Virus record (IMG/VR): IMGVR_UViG_3300045836_000088
Location: 8,595 to 72,594 of that record
DNA: 64,000 nt
Strand: one strand, 5' to 3'
Source of the DNA: a virus
In this document: positions 10,701 through 20,856 of the stretch, piece after piece
Numbering within the stretch: position 1 is the stretch's first letter
Layout of the letters: every line of letters starts with the position of its first letter
The notes under the pieces: generated by a model
Told to the model about the DNA's origin: nothing
The model's input: only the letters and a program-made list of their open reading frames with translations
Databases searched by the model: none
Position numbers and translations under genes: made by a program

Positions 10701-12852
10701 GCGTTTCTGGCTCAACGCTATTGCTACTGCCTGTTTGTTGGCTTTCTTCTTGCCGAATTTCGCCTCCGTTCTCTGGTATGTTTTCCCCTTGTGCAGTTCC
10801 TTGATGTTCGCTGACACTGTTTTGCTCGATGTTCCCTTCTTGAGCGGCATTGTTTGGTTCCTCCTTATTTATAATAGGTTCAATACCTTCATTAACTGGC
10901 GCAGCTTCGCTTTGCTCTTGGTTTGGTAATACTGGTGCCTCAGTTGGCGTATTACCAACTCCTTGTTCTTCTTGTAGTTTATCATTGGGTTGTTTTTCTA
11001 CCTGTTCAAGGTCATATCTTGACTTACTGATGTTTTCTTTCTTACCGTCAGGATAAATCTTTTGGTATTTACCTGTTTCATCATCACCAACATACTGCAC
11101 CTTCTTCCCATAAGCAATTGACTTTAACTTGTCATTAGCTTGGTCAATCTTGTCAATAAGTAATTGCTCCTCTTTTGAAGGAATATCTTTAACTGCCGGA
11201 TCATGGCTTTCTTTAGCTTTTTGTAGCTCGTTTAAGCGATTAACTAGTTCATCCCTGCCATTGATGAGGTCTACTGCTTTAACTTGCTTAGATGGCTTAA
11301 TATCGCGTGGTAAGGACTTGGCTATTCTTGCAATATTATCTACTTGCTTAAAAGTAGCGTCCATTTCTTCAGGCGACCATTTATCAGGCTTGTTTTGGTC
11401 AAAACCATGATTATATAGGTCTTCTTTAACTTTATTAACATTCTCCTCGCTTGGGTCGCGCATTAAGCTTTCCACAACACTATTCTTGTAATTAGAATAA
11501 GGCGTAAGCTTGCCTAAATCGCCTATTGTTCCCAATGCGCCGAAGAAAGGGGCTTGTTTAGTAGCAGTATCATAAATACCACTGGCTAAGTCACCTAAAT
11601 TCTCATTAAAAACGGGCTTATCATTAAGCACATCAACGCCTTTTTTCAGCAGGAAGTTAGAGCCTTGTAATGCAGATAAATCAACTACAGCTTTATTATA
11701 GTGCTTTATAGCATTTATTCCAGTGGTTGCAAGTTTATCACTCCATTTCTTTGCGCCGTCTTCTAATAATTGGGTGAATGCGTCTCCTGTTAATTCTTTC
11801 CCTGCCGCTTTCTTTAAAGCATCTGCTGAGATAGTCCCAACAATATCAGCTTTTACACCTGCGGGTAGCTTACCAAACAAACCATTGCCTAAGTCCCCCA
11901 TAAGGAGTTTATTTACGACACCTGAACCTAATATAAAGGCATCTTTTAGGTGTGGATTGATAACTGCACCGTTCTTTTCGGCCTGATCTAAAACCTCTTT
12001 ACCTTGGCCTGCACCTTGCAGGAAAAACGTAGCTCCTCCTGTTGATTCTGCCCCTGCTATCGATGGCAGAATTTCTGCTATACCACCTACGTTAGATAGT
12101 AATTTATTATGCTCAAGATTAGCTTGGTCGCCTTGCGTTAATCCAAAGTTTGATTTTTGGTCAGCTTTATCGAAAGCTACATCAGCGGCTATTTGTCCAG
12201 CCTGATTAAAAACGTCATCTGGTTGTAGCTTGCTTGCTACCCACGCACCCCCTTTAGCCATTTGAATAGCACCTTTGGTAGCTTTTGACCCTAAATATGC
12301 AATAGGGGCTAATAGCTTACCTGTTGGGCTACGCATAAAATCCCAATGGTCTTTTTCTTCTTGTGTTAATGGTCTTATTTCTCCCTGATCGGTCGGAGCA
12401 TTCGCCATTATCTTACGGCTGCTTTCAGGAAGACTATTAATCAATTGTTTTAAGTGATTGGATAGCTCCTGTTGTTTTTTAGTCTCTTTATCGAAGTTTT
12501 GCTTATCTGCTTTTTGCAGATGTTCTCTCAGTGATGGGCTAGCAAATGAATATTGTAAGCTAGGTGTGCTTAATACTTGTTCATTTAAACCATTCGAAGA
12601 AACGTTTGAAACAGGCTGAGAAGTTTCTTTTTTTTTTAAGCCAACGGAATTGTAAAAATCATCCTGCGACCTGTCAAATCCTGCTACATTTTCTTTTAAA
12701 GCAGCATAAGCGCGACTGGCATACCCGCTATCCTGCATTGCCTGTTTAAACTGTTCAGGTGTTTTATCAAACCCTTGTAAGTTATCTTTTAAGGCAGCGT
12801 AAACCCTGTCAATATAGGGTTGCTGATTGATATTTTGCGTACCGTCTGGCAT
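7738..12852 (-). CDS. Large internal virion/ejection (cargo) protein, 1704 aa
   Basis: Helical/coiled-coil, with an acidic linker and hydrophobic C-terminal helices. Third of three coupled genes after the tail genes, as with podovirus ejection proteins. Confidence 0.7.
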   Translation of the reverse strand: MPDGTQNINQQPYIDRVYAALKDNLQGFDKTPEQFKQAMQDSGYASRAYAALKENVAGFDRSQDDFYNSVGLKKKETSQPVSNVSSNGLNEQVLSTPSLQYSFASPSLREHLQKADKQNFDKETKKQQELSNHLKQLINSLPESSRKIMANAPTDQGEIRPLTQEEKDHWDFMRSPTGKLLAPIAYLGSKATKGAIQMAKGGAWVASKLQPDDVFNQAGQIAADVAFDKADQKSNFGLTQGDQANLEHNKLLSNVGGIAEILPSIAGAESTGGATFFLQGAGQGKEVLDQAEKNGAVINPHLKDAFILGSGVVNKLLMGDLGNGLFGKLPAGVKADIVGTISADALKKAAGKELTGDAFTQLLEDGAKKWSDKLATTGINAIKHYNKAVVDLSALQGSNFLLKKGVDVLNDKPVFNENLGDLASGIYDTATKQAPFFGALGTIGDLGKLTPYSNYKNSVVESLMRDPSEENVNKVKEDLYNHGFDQNKPDKWSPEEMDATFKQVDNIARIAKSLPRDIKPSKQVKAVDLINGRDELVNRLNELQKAKESHDPAVKDIPSKEEQLLIDKIDQANDKLKSIAYGKKVQYVGDDETGKYQKIYPDGKKENISKSRYDLEQVEKQPNDKLQEEQGVGNTPTEAPVLPNQEQSEAAPVNEGIEPIINKEEPNNAAQEGNIEQNSVSEHQGTAQGENIPENGGEIRQEESQQTGSSNSVEPETQEQVTHSEKAKAIADKIRSLKTQKGQVYGGLQGVGAAVYDGALETAATVIEQGGKLADAIKAAVDHIKANSGGINPQEVESHFNELLGGLDELPKEVSQPEEKAIGVKKVINDALRGELGIKPLDLPKRLTMDEGLVRGKELVDNGDINPLDVISKALAHIDDPKKVGFSADEELAMNYYERQLAETKRNLISAKLDLEDELKNNPDNQEAKGNLATITQQLLNWHDLEARRLDASQIMGNAESNAFRSRQLATNEQGEILNAIDRIKTIYGSDIPDDVKKELAELQQKFDEIQAKNEKLEKQIADEQAKANVEVFKRKKSVLGIKREKKTAEQYSKERASILEDLKRDFKKSFGQANLTLPGVPQLNAIAPHVLRLVRSFSEQGIDKLDDVLTNVHDALKDVVSGITKDDIRDIIAGKYRSEKTRPELEKQIADLRAQARNLAKIAELEKGIVAKTKAKGEASPEVKALQKQVRELRKKLGNENPDASIEDIKKEVRTLQSKIDKGEFFKLPNIKRTWENNPEWIKNNKERIALKQRLRVLEKEAMNSKKSKMMRAMDWTNRWGRRVIFFASNAVYTKLASSAVLGSFLHRLPEQAVGKVASKAFPLLAKGAPIEGDVNLSAEAKWYKEFMNPVKAAKSTWSIIKSGDTELSKELSTRPHENHIPFLDLFAADGHIIIKDPVRRATFEAAFANQMKWYADNGIDATHPLMLESARQAAWKRAEYEIFQNSPKRANIFKQYLNELEKKGIENVQSASKLNKLKGDVQYAASAIYNFFIPINTVPTNMIGRSMLAFKLPYNLWKALDVNSQLKKGIDNLTTDEKEALLLHIKKGAIAAAYWTLGFYLAGKSAGGLYTKFYSDKERDKTVDVPDADYLNLFGVSIPKEVQHTYQFQAMQMGATWGIVHDHYVDDKGESQTDAILRGTYATGGAIAEGIPTVKQISNVKEAITTPQGEDKFIKDFKIRVGVQKAKDAAKLMGYNLDNDEE

Positions 12853-14258
12853 TATAATCCGTAATTAGCTGCTGACTTTTTACCTTTTACTCCGTGTTTA
12901 GCCTCTGGAATGACACCATGTCCGCCTTTAACTGATTCCATTTGATTGAGCTTACTCAAATTAATATTCTGCTCTGTAGCCATTGGAACCGCTGCGCTCA
13001 AATAGTTCGGATCATTAGGGTTAAGCCTGTATGTTTTAGCAGGAACCTTCACTGTTGTCTCTGGTAATAATTTACTTGCTTTACTGCTCTGCTCAAAAGG
13101 AATAGGCTCACCACCAAACCCTAATATTGCGCCTTGCTTATCAGGATTCTTAGCGTACTTATTCCTTAATAATGTATTAGCCTCAATATTCTTTTTATTC
13201 GGTTCTACATGTGCCGGAAACTCAAATACATGCTCTCCTGTCTTTGGATCTATATAGATATTCGGTTGTTTATCTCCATACTGGCCTTTAGGAATAAGCG
13301 TCTTTAATTTGGAGAAGTCTCCAGTCTGAGCCTGATTAATAAGCATAGTTTGAGCAGGTGTATATTGTGTTCCAGCTAATCCATGTTGCATTTCCCATGC
13401 CTTATGAGCATAGAAGTTATCAGGTTGTGGGTCTACTTTTTCTACCGGGGCGTGATATTCCGACACATCACCTGACGCATCTATATATTTTTGAATAGCT
13501 GCTTGTTTTGCTGCCTTTGGGTCTGCTCCAGTAAACAAATCAGGGTATATATCATTGAAGAACTTCTTAATATCAGGTCTGCTATCATACAATTGTGAAT
13601 AATAATCAGCCCTATCTTTTGGGTCAACAGTCCGACTATTTTGGGTGAATGTAGCCATCCTGTTACCAATTTTCTTTCTGATAATGGTTGGTGTTCCAAA
13701 CGGTGTTTGCTTCAATAATGCCTGATCTCCCTTGTCTAGTTCATCCATAATCTTTTTATGGTCTACGGCTCTTTCTAATGAACTATAATCGCCAATAAAG
13801 TCCGGATGGCTTAGTGGAGTATCAAAGTTTTTTAACGCTTTATTTACGGCATCATCTGTTAACTGGTGACGGGTAGCATCATTCATTAGGAATTGGTGCA
13901 TCTGGTTATCTTTCACCAACTGTTGCTTTGATTCACCTACCAAACTAGATACCTGATTATAGGCTTTATCAGCGTCAGACTGTAATACAGCTTTCTTATA
14001 TGGGTCTTTCTCATTCATGGCTGCGGTAGCTTTACTGCGCCAATCATTATAACCGTTTACATAATCCTTTAGGTCTGCATCACGCATACCGTCAGACTTT
14101 AACGAAGATTGTTTGTCAGCTAATTGCTTTAACTCAGCTTGCCTTTGGGCTTGCTGTCTCGCCATAGCCTGTGCATAATCAGCTAATAAAGGTTGTGTAT
14201 TGATAATTTGGGCACCACCTTTGCCTATTCCGTAAAACTGTGCGTTATCTACTGACAT
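12852..14258 (-). CDS. Putative ejection/cargo protein, 468 aa
   Basis: Q/A/K-rich helical protein; TAATG-coupled within the ejection cluster. Confidence 0.6.
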   Translation of the reverse strand: MSVDNAQFYGIGKGGAQIINTQPLLADYAQAMARQQAQRQAELKQLADKQSSLKSDGMRDADLKDYVNGYNDWRSKATAAMNEKDPYKKAVLQSDADKAYNQVSSLVGESKQQLVKDNQMHQFLMNDATRHQLTDDAVNKALKNFDTPLSHPDFIGDYSSLERAVDHKKIMDELDKGDQALLKQTPFGTPTIIRKKIGNRMATFTQNSRTVDPKDRADYYSQLYDSRPDIKKFFNDIYPDLFTGADPKAAKQAAIQKYIDASGDVSEYHAPVEKVDPQPDNFYAHKAWEMQHGLAGTQYTPAQTMLINQAQTGDFSKLKTLIPKGQYGDKQPNIYIDPKTGEHVFEFPAHVEPNKKNIEANTLLRNKYAKNPDKQGAILGFGGEPIPFEQSSKASKLLPETTVKVPAKTYRLNPNDPNYLSAAVPMATEQNINLSKLNQMESVKGGHGVIPEAKHGVKGKKSAANYGL

Positions 14259-14977
14259 TATTCTGGCTGATAGTTATTATAATCTTCGTTATATCCCGAT
14301 ACGTCACCGAATTGCACAGGCGTAAATTGAGGATTACCTATAGTTAAGTATTTTGTCAATCCCGGATTTTGAGAAGCACCAAAATCGCCTGTGGGTTGTG
14401 GAGTAGTCTTGCCACCTGTAGGATTCCCACTTTGAGCCATAGCATACATACTTCCAATTTGCCCCAAATCGGTTAACCCACCTGATATATTCTGTGTTCC
14501 TGCGCCTCTTAAAGCCTGTGATTTGGCTAAGTTCTCTGAATACTTATCCTTGTAGTTGTAGTTGAAAGCATTTTGCTTCTGCTGTGCTAATATCCCTCTC
14601 TGCTGAATTAAAGCTAATGTATTCCTATTGCGTTGCATAGCATCTTCCGCGTTAAGGTTATTATTAGCATCATTTCCGGCTCTAACAATAGAAGCTAAGT
14701 TTGCACCGGGATTGGCACTACGGCCTAAAGTCATTAAAGCACCTGCCTGATTGCGGTTGATCGCGTTAACCTGATTGTTATATGATTGCTGCGGAATACC
14801 TTGCTGCGCCATCTGCTCCGCTGTTCTTACATTCTGCTCATATTCCGGCTGCACTGTCTCCACAGGTCTGATATTGGCCTTATCTATCTTATTAGCCTGA
14901 TGATTTTGAATAGCACCGTAGGCTATTTTACCTAATGCGCCTACACCTGCTATACCTCCTGCGATTATACCACTCAT
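14258..14977 (-). CDS. Putative ejection protein (T7 gp14/P22 gp7-like position)
   Basis: N-terminal Gly/Ala hydrophobic segment MSGIIAGGIAGVGALG followed by a Q/N-rich coiled region. Confidence 0.65.
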   Translation of the reverse strand: MSGIIAGGIAGVGALGKIAYGAIQNHQANKIDKANIRPVETVQPEYEQNVRTAEQMAQQGIPQQSYNNQVNAINRNQAGALMTLGRSANPGANLASIVRAGNDANNNLNAEDAMQRNRNTLALIQQRGILAQQKQNAFNYNYKDKYSENLAKSQALRGAGTQNISGGLTDLGQIGSMYAMAQSGNPTGGKTTPQPTGDFGASQNPGLTKYLTIGNPQFTPVQFGDVSGYNEDYNNYQPE

Positions 14978-15447
14978 GCTATTTCCTCCACTTTATTTAA
15001 ATATGGATTTTCATATTTCTCAAAAATCATATTGTGCAATTCTTTAGTATCTGTAAGATTATCTGGATTAGGATGATAGGTAACAAACACCACATAGTCC
15101 AATGTAAAGACAATGCGCTTTGTGCCAGCTTTAGTTACTCCCCGAAAAGGCGCATCCATTTTCTGCCATCCTGATTCCTTTGTCCAAATCAGCATAGAGC
15201 CTAATACATGTTCAAAAAAATGGTCAGCCTTGTGGGTTTCAGATGTGAAGAAAATATTTGCGGGTACATGCCTTTCCCTACGATATAAGCCGGGAGTGAC
15301 TTCCTCGTGTAATGGCATATCCGGCTGCGGCAACGCCAGCATAGCAGCTTCCATCTGCAAAATGCGATCATCAACGCTCTTTTCAGGCGTTAAATTCTCG
15401 ACTAATTGCAAGACATCTTCAAAATCAACTGCTTTTGCTATTTCCAT
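14974..15447 (-). CDS. Cupin-like phage protein
   Basis: PGLYRRERHVPA...THKADHF...GTKRIVFT...TYHPN pattern, common upstream of ejection genes. Confidence 0.6.
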   Translation of the reverse strand: MEIAKAVDFEDVLQLVENLTPEKSVDDRILQMEAAMLALPQPDMPLHEEVTPGLYRRERHVPANIFFTSETHKADHFFEHVLGSMLIWTKESGWQKMDAPFRGVTKAGTKRIVFTLDYVVFVTYHPNPDNLTDTKELHNMIFEKYENPYLNKVEEIA

Positions 15448-15478
15448 CTAAACCAAAGATACCCCAAATAACAAAGCG

Positions 15479-16396
15479 TTATCGGGCACCTGATTTGGAC
15501 AAACTTGCGTTTACAGCTACAGAAAACAGTTTTAAAGAGGTACTTCCGTTTGTTGTGATGAGTTCTATGGTAATGTAATTTCCTTTGAGCGGTGCCCCAT
15601 TAATCAGGTCTTCATTTTTGTCTCTTAAAAACCCTGCTGAATAGATACCTTCTTTGGCATACACGTTTACGATAGTGGTTCCATCTGTTAGGACATCCTT
15701 TAAAAAGTCAGTATCGATCAATTCTGATACCTGCCCTAAAGAAGTAGAAATACCGTCTGTAGTGGTGATTAAAAGTTCGTTAGCCTGAAGTACAATACTA
15801 TTGAATGTTTTAACGCTTACAGGTTGTTTATTATATACAAACTTTAACTTAGACTGGTACTGGCTCCCAAAGAAGTTATTACGGCTGTTACCGCCGTTTA
15901 GCTGGCCGTATAAGGCACCATTACTAAACAAGTAGGTGTTAGTGAATAATGAGAATCCGTAATCAGGTACAAAGGTTCTAAAGTCTGACCATTTATTGCT
16001 TTTAGCGGAATAGACAATGGTATTTTGAGCGTCATTGTCCGGTGCGGGTATTTGCGCCTGAATATTGAATAAGGCTATCTTGCAGGCTGCATTGGAATAA
16101 AATGTCAACTGCCCACCGTCTGCGGTTATCGTATCTGACACAAGCCCTGCTGTGGTGATTGTTTGTCCATTGTTTGCGCCTATAGAGCAACGTACATTAC
16201 CGCTGGAAATGCTAATTACATTATAGGTGATATTATACAATGTTCCGGCAACAGGAGTAAATGATGTCAGGTGAATAGTTCCGGCATTACAACTTTCATG
16301 GATAGCGTATGTACCGTCAACACTCCATCCTGTGTCTTTAGCTGCTTGCTTCAGATCAATAATAATCGGGCTGTTTTGTAATTCGGTATAAGACAT
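15479..16396 (-). CDS. Tail protein, probably the C-terminal part of the muzzle/nozzle plus an extra N-terminal beta domain
   Basis: IVYSAKSNKWSDFRTFVPDY...NNFFGSQY...VKTFNSIVLQ resembles, from recall, C-termini of crAss-like stabilization proteins. Confidence 0.6.
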   Translation of the reverse strand: MSYTELQNSPIIIDLKQAAKDTGWSVDGTYAIHESCNAGTIHLTSFTPVAGTLYNITYNVISISSGNVRCSIGANNGQTITTAGLVSDTITADGGQLTFYSNAACKIALFNIQAQIPAPDNDAQNTIVYSAKSNKWSDFRTFVPDYGFSLFTNTYLFSNGALYGQLNGGNSRNNFFGSQYQSKLKFVYNKQPVSVKTFNSIVLQANELLITTTDGISTSLGQVSELIDTDFLKDVLTDGTTIVNVYAKEGIYSAGFLRDKNEDLINGAPLKGNYITIELITTNGSTSLKLFSVAVNASLSKSGAR

Positions 16397-19300
16397 TATT
16401 TTAATGTTAATGAAGCTGTATTTGTTGACTTATCATAACCCATTACGGCTATATCCTGTGAATTGGCTATCAGTGATGATGTGCTTTGTTTAGTAAGCGT
16501 TACCGGTAACGTAATATCATCTACCTGCGTACCGCCGCTGTTTACAAAATCAGTACCTACCAATGACATTGTACCGCCCTTGTAGGTTGTTACCTCTACT
16601 GAAATACTTCCTGTTCCTAAAGACTGATACCAAACTGCGTTCATTCTAACTTGTACAGGGTTTGCCACTGCCGGGAAGTCTGTATTGAACTGTTTTATAT
16701 CCACAAGTATTGCTTCAACTCCGTCTCCAGTAGTATTGTCTGTACCCCAATTCAGATAAGGCGTAGCTGATCCTTGTGGAATGATACGGTTATCAGGTGG
16801 CGTACCTGTTGTTGCAGGTGGCGTAGGGTTCTGATTATAACCTACCCAATTAGTACGGCTGTTTGGATCACCATCATAAGCTGTTCCGGTATTTTCAAAA
16901 CCTGTAAAGGTATCTAAGTCAACACCTGACCCTGTATGCCATACATAGCGTAATACCATGTAGTCAAAGTCAGCGAGTGATATTTTAGTCCTCGCATTGA
17001 ATGTTGCAGACTGGTTTGAAATAGTCAGTGTACAACTGGTTACAGTGTTATACGCTGAAGAAGTTAATACCCTTACAATGACATTATCACCTGCATTCAC
17101 TGTACCTGCTGTGGATGTAAATACGCCGCCATTAATGCTGTACTCACCACCTGTTATTGATATTGGCGCAGGAGAAGTATTACCGCTTACGGTGATTTGA
17201 TCTGAAGTAACTTCCGTGCTTAGTTCCTGATTGTTTTTGTCAGTAAAGCTAAACGGATTGACGTTTTGCGTTCCCATTGTGGTTACATGGAATGATGCAC
17301 TTTGGTTGCTGATAGTGAGCGTACATCCAGTTTGCACCTCATAGATGCTACTGCTCAATACCTCTACTTGTACAACATCATTGGGATTTACGGTTCCTGC
17401 AATACTTGTGAATGTGCCACCATTTATTGAGTATTGACCGCCGACAATTGAAATAGGAACAGCTATATCATTTCCAGTTACGGAAATGGTTTTTGATTGT
17501 ATTTCTGTATTCAATGGTTGGTTAACAGCATCTACAAAGGAGAATGGGTTAACATTGGTGTTGCCTGCTGTCCAATTCAAACATAAATTCTTAGTTACTA
17601 CACCGCCTGTCGTATTAAAGCTGAAAGTTGCAACATTATTCCCTGTAAAGTTGGCACTTGGATTAAATGTTACTTCTCCTGTTGAACTATCATAAGTATG
17701 CGTAGTATTGGCTCCGTCTGTGATATTTGTTACATCTGTTCCGGCTATACTATAATTGTCATAAATATTCCATCCAGATGTGTCAAAAGTTACAGTTAAG
17801 AAAGAACCGCCTGCCTGCTCTATAGATAATACAAACTCGTTATAATAAGCATCGTAGTAGCCAATAATCTTTTTGCCTGATGCGTAAGCTGCTTGTAGTG
17901 TGGCTTTGAAAAACTTGCTCATTTTGCCACTAATAGGCAACACACCATCCAGCCCTACACGTATTGGCTCACTTCTATTTGGGTCAACGAAATACCCGTT
18001 GTTGTTGTAATAACAGAAGCTTTCTTTAGCCTTGCCGATACCTATATTGCCACTTTGATTATATCTTACGTTGTTAAATAGCTTTTCGGATATAGCCACT
18101 TGTTGCTGCTCGGTGTTATCCTCAATAATCGAGATATTAACTGGTATATAGCCTACTTTTAGTTCCTGAATAACGATTAAGTATTCATTGCGCTGCCAAA
18201 GTATTTGTATAGATTCAAAACTTGATGAAGTCTGACCGTCACCATCACCATATAAGTTAGCCTTATAGAACTTGGTTAATCCGTTATTCTTACTGCCAAC
18301 TACGTAACTTTCACTAGGTATAATACTGGCTTTTAATTGCGTTGTCTCTAATTCATCATAATAACTTCGTGGTCGGCCATAAGAATTAAATGCTGAAGGG
18401 TAGAAGTCCGAAAAATTAAAGTCAGTAGCCAATACTTCATAAGCTGAATTTGGGTCTACGGCACCTGAATACTGTCTTGTTTTGTAATAAACATCCCCGT
18501 CAGTAATCATACCACTCATTACATCGTGCATCCCGTTAGTAATGGTAAATCTTTCACCGATCTCATACCATACTGTACTATTTTGGGATGTTGATGCCGT
18601 CTGAACTTGTTGTTTTGGCGAGTATAACCGCAGGAATACGTCTTTCCCTGCTATAGTAGTCATATCAATCGAAGATGATTTTTCAACCTTCACTAAGTAT
18701 GAACCTAAGTTATACCCTAATACTTCAATATCGATACAAGGGTTATTCAGGTATGTTGGTGTTGATCCTGTTAAATAATAATGGAATGTGCATCTATCGC
18801 CATCTGAGTAGCTATACGTAAGTACAGTATTTGCCCCGGCATTGGTGTACTTTTGGTTAAACAGGTAAAGCGGATTAATCTTAATAGCAATAATGTTTCC
18901 GCTTGGTGTTAAATCACCAAACTCTTTGGGTACTATATCCCATGATTTGCCATTGAATACAACATAATCACCTGTATTGTACTGCTGAACCCCATTACCT
19001 AAATTAATAGTACTATTAGAAAGGCTTGGTGTTGTAATTTGATATGCGTCACCTACTGTTCCTGCATTGGGGGCTAAAGTCGGAGAATTGGTTCCTGCGT
19101 TCCAACTTCCGATATAATTAACCACATTACCCAATACATCTAGTATCTTATCAGTTGTCTTATTTTCCGTAATTAGCCATTGATAATCTACTGCACCTTC
19201 AGGGGCTGCTGCTGATGCTAACTGCCATGACAATTTAAGTGCCTGACCATTTAACTGCGCGTATGACGGTGTATTAATGATAAAGCTATTATCAGTGCAT

Positions 19301-20856
19301 AACGGGAAGAACCTGCCGTATTGGTCACGATACGATAAAGCTGCTTGATAACTAGAATTATCTAAAAACGAATGAATAGAACGACTTACTGTCGCACCTG
19401 CGTTATACAATGTAACTGGCGCGGATTGGAGACCAAAATAAGGCTGTCCTACAATCTTTATACCTACAGAACCGGGGGCAGTATAAACAGATGATCCGGG
19501 AATTGTTTCACCGAAAGATAATACCGCATTATACAAGTCGCCATTCTGTGATGATGGGACGGTGTAAGTATATGTTAACGTATTCTGTGCGTTCCTAATG
19601 TCGGCTAACACTATAGTCAATACATCACCAGTCTGAGGACTGCCACCATATTGTACAATGATTAACCTTTTATGATTACCTAATCCGCTTCCGCTAGAAC
19701 CGGCAAAGCTGTAGTCAACATAAACAGGGTTACCATTAGGATTTAGCGGAACTGTAATATTAGGGTCGTAACCTATTGGCTTTATCGTTGCTTGCGTAGT
19801 TGGCCTGTCGAAACCAACGCCTAAACCACCCAATGCAATAATATTGTTATTAATACGCTCTATTGCATTCGCATACAATGGCACATAGTCATAAGGTTGA
19901 TCTGTTTCTGTAGCCGCTACGGGTATATTAATACTTTCGTTGTAAAAAAGGAAAGTATAGATATTGGTTGTAGGGTCATAAGCCTCATAAATCTCTTGCG
20001 ATATATCAATTAATGTATTAGTAAGTCCAGTTACATAAGACCTGTCAACGCTCTTGATAATATTAAAGTCAAAGGTGCCGTACCTCGCAGCTATATTAAT
20101 AGTTTGCACTCTTTCGCTGCCAATATTTACAGATACTTTTATGCAATTATTTTGCGTCACATCCGTACCTACCGTTGGCGTACTCTCTTGATCTGGAACT
20201 ATACGCTTTGACCATGTACCCCATGCAGAATAGGTGTAATCCATGCCAACATACTGAGAAGTAAACTGGAATAGCTTACCCTTAACAAAGTTGGATGCTT
20301 TGCCTGTATCACTTAAATAGCCTGCTGATATTGGTGTAAGGTTCTGAGGTTTAATCAAAGAGAAGTCCTCTGCTGTAACAGTTCCATATACCCCATTTTT
20401 AAGGCTTATTAGGTTAGTAAACCCAACTGGCGATGTTCCGCTTACCCACGCAATAAAAGTGTCGTTTATCAGCCTTATTTGAACGTACTCCTGTGGGTCT
20501 AAAGTAAGCAGTGATATACCGCCACTATTGGTTTTATCAGTATAGATTGGTGTTACGATATTAGTGTCGTAATCATACAATAGTATTTGATGAAATCCTG
20601 CTGAATTATAGATAAAGGCAACAGCCTGACGAATAGATTCAAAGGCATTACAGCCAACACATTTATTTAATCCCTGCCGTTGGGTGTATGGTATAAGCGT
20701 TGTTCCTTCTATGTTGGTATTATATCCTTCTTCACCCTCAGATGTTCCGGTATTACGTAGGTTAACTGCTTTTAAATAGTCGTTCAGCGCAACCAATTCA
20801 GGTGCGCTGTTCATATCCATTCCCCCGGTAAATTGTTTTAAATCGTCTGCCTGCAT
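16396..20856 (-). CDS. Tail muzzle/stabilization protein (P22 gp10/crAss muzzle-like) with C-terminal accessory domains
   Basis: N-terminus FTGGMDMNSAPE...YLKAVNLR, DQYGRF and GIGKAKESF...YFVDPNR...IGYYDAYYNEFVL; then two ~95-aa repeats (VNPFSF.D..NQ.L) and a YMVLRYVW..G.DLDT domain. Confidence 0.75.
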   Translation of the reverse strand: MQADDLKQFTGGMDMNSAPELVALNDYLKAVNLRNTGTSEGEEGYNTNIEGTTLIPYTQRQGLNKCVGCNAFESIRQAVAFIYNSAGFHQILLYDYDTNIVTPIYTDKTNSGGISLLTLDPQEYVQIRLINDTFIAWVSGTSPVGFTNLISLKNGVYGTVTAEDFSLIKPQNLTPISAGYLSDTGKASNFVKGKLFQFTSQYVGMDYTYSAWGTWSKRIVPDQESTPTVGTDVTQNNCIKVSVNIGSERVQTINIAARYGTFDFNIIKSVDRSYVTGLTNTLIDISQEIYEAYDPTTNIYTFLFYNESINIPVAATETDQPYDYVPLYANAIERINNNIIALGGLGVGFDRPTTQATIKPIGYDPNITVPLNPNGNPVYVDYSFAGSSGSGLGNHKRLIIVQYGGSPQTGDVLTIVLADIRNAQNTLTYTYTVPSSQNGDLYNAVLSFGETIPGSSVYTAPGSVGIKIVGQPYFGLQSAPVTLYNAGATVSRSIHSFLDNSSYQAALSYRDQYGRFFPLCTDNSFIINTPSYAQLNGQALKLSWQLASAAAPEGAVDYQWLITENKTTDKILDVLGNVVNYIGSWNAGTNSPTLAPNAGTVGDAYQITTPSLSNSTINLGNGVQQYNTGDYVVFNGKSWDIVPKEFGDLTPSGNIIAIKINPLYLFNQKYTNAGANTVLTYSYSDGDRCTFHYYLTGSTPTYLNNPCIDIEVLGYNLGSYLVKVEKSSSIDMTTIAGKDVFLRLYSPKQQVQTASTSQNSTVWYEIGERFTITNGMHDVMSGMITDGDVYYKTRQYSGAVDPNSAYEVLATDFNFSDFYPSAFNSYGRPRSYYDELETTQLKASIIPSESYVVGSKNNGLTKFYKANLYGDGDGQTSSSFESIQILWQRNEYLIVIQELKVGYIPVNISIIEDNTEQQQVAISEKLFNNVRYNQSGNIGIGKAKESFCYYNNNGYFVDPNRSEPIRVGLDGVLPISGKMSKFFKATLQAAYASGKKIIGYYDAYYNEFVLSIEQAGGSFLTVTFDTSGWNIYDNYSIAGTDVTNITDGANTTHTYDSSTGEVTFNPSANFTGNNVATFSFNTTGGVVTKNLCLNWTAGNTNVNPFSFVDAVNQPLNTEIQSKTISVTGNDIAVPISIVGGQYSINGGTFTSIAGTVNPNDVVQVEVLSSSIYEVQTGCTLTISNQSASFHVTTMGTQNVNPFSFTDKNNQELSTEVTSDQITVSGNTSPAPISITGGEYSINGGVFTSTAGTVNAGDNVIVRVLTSSAYNTVTSCTLTISNQSATFNARTKISLADFDYMVLRYVWHTGSGVDLDTFTGFENTGTAYDGDPNSRTNWVGYNQNPTPPATTGTPPDNRIIPQGSATPYLNWGTDNTTGDGVEAILVDIKQFNTDFPAVANPVQVRMNAVWYQSLGTGSISVEVTTYKGGTMSLVGTDFVNSGGTQVDDITLPVTLTKQSTSSLIANSQDIAVMGYDKSTNTASLTLK

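Noticed and set aside
8420-12749. Many plus-strand ORFs (e.g. 8981-9892, 303 aa) opposite the cargo gene
   Set aside because: Antisense shadows of a long coding frame; Ser/Leu/Phe-rich with no recognisable motifs.
7738-12852. Virion RNA polymerase as in crAss-like phages
   Set aside because: No DxDxD catalytic motif found by eye; a very divergent enzyme cannot be excluded without HHpred.
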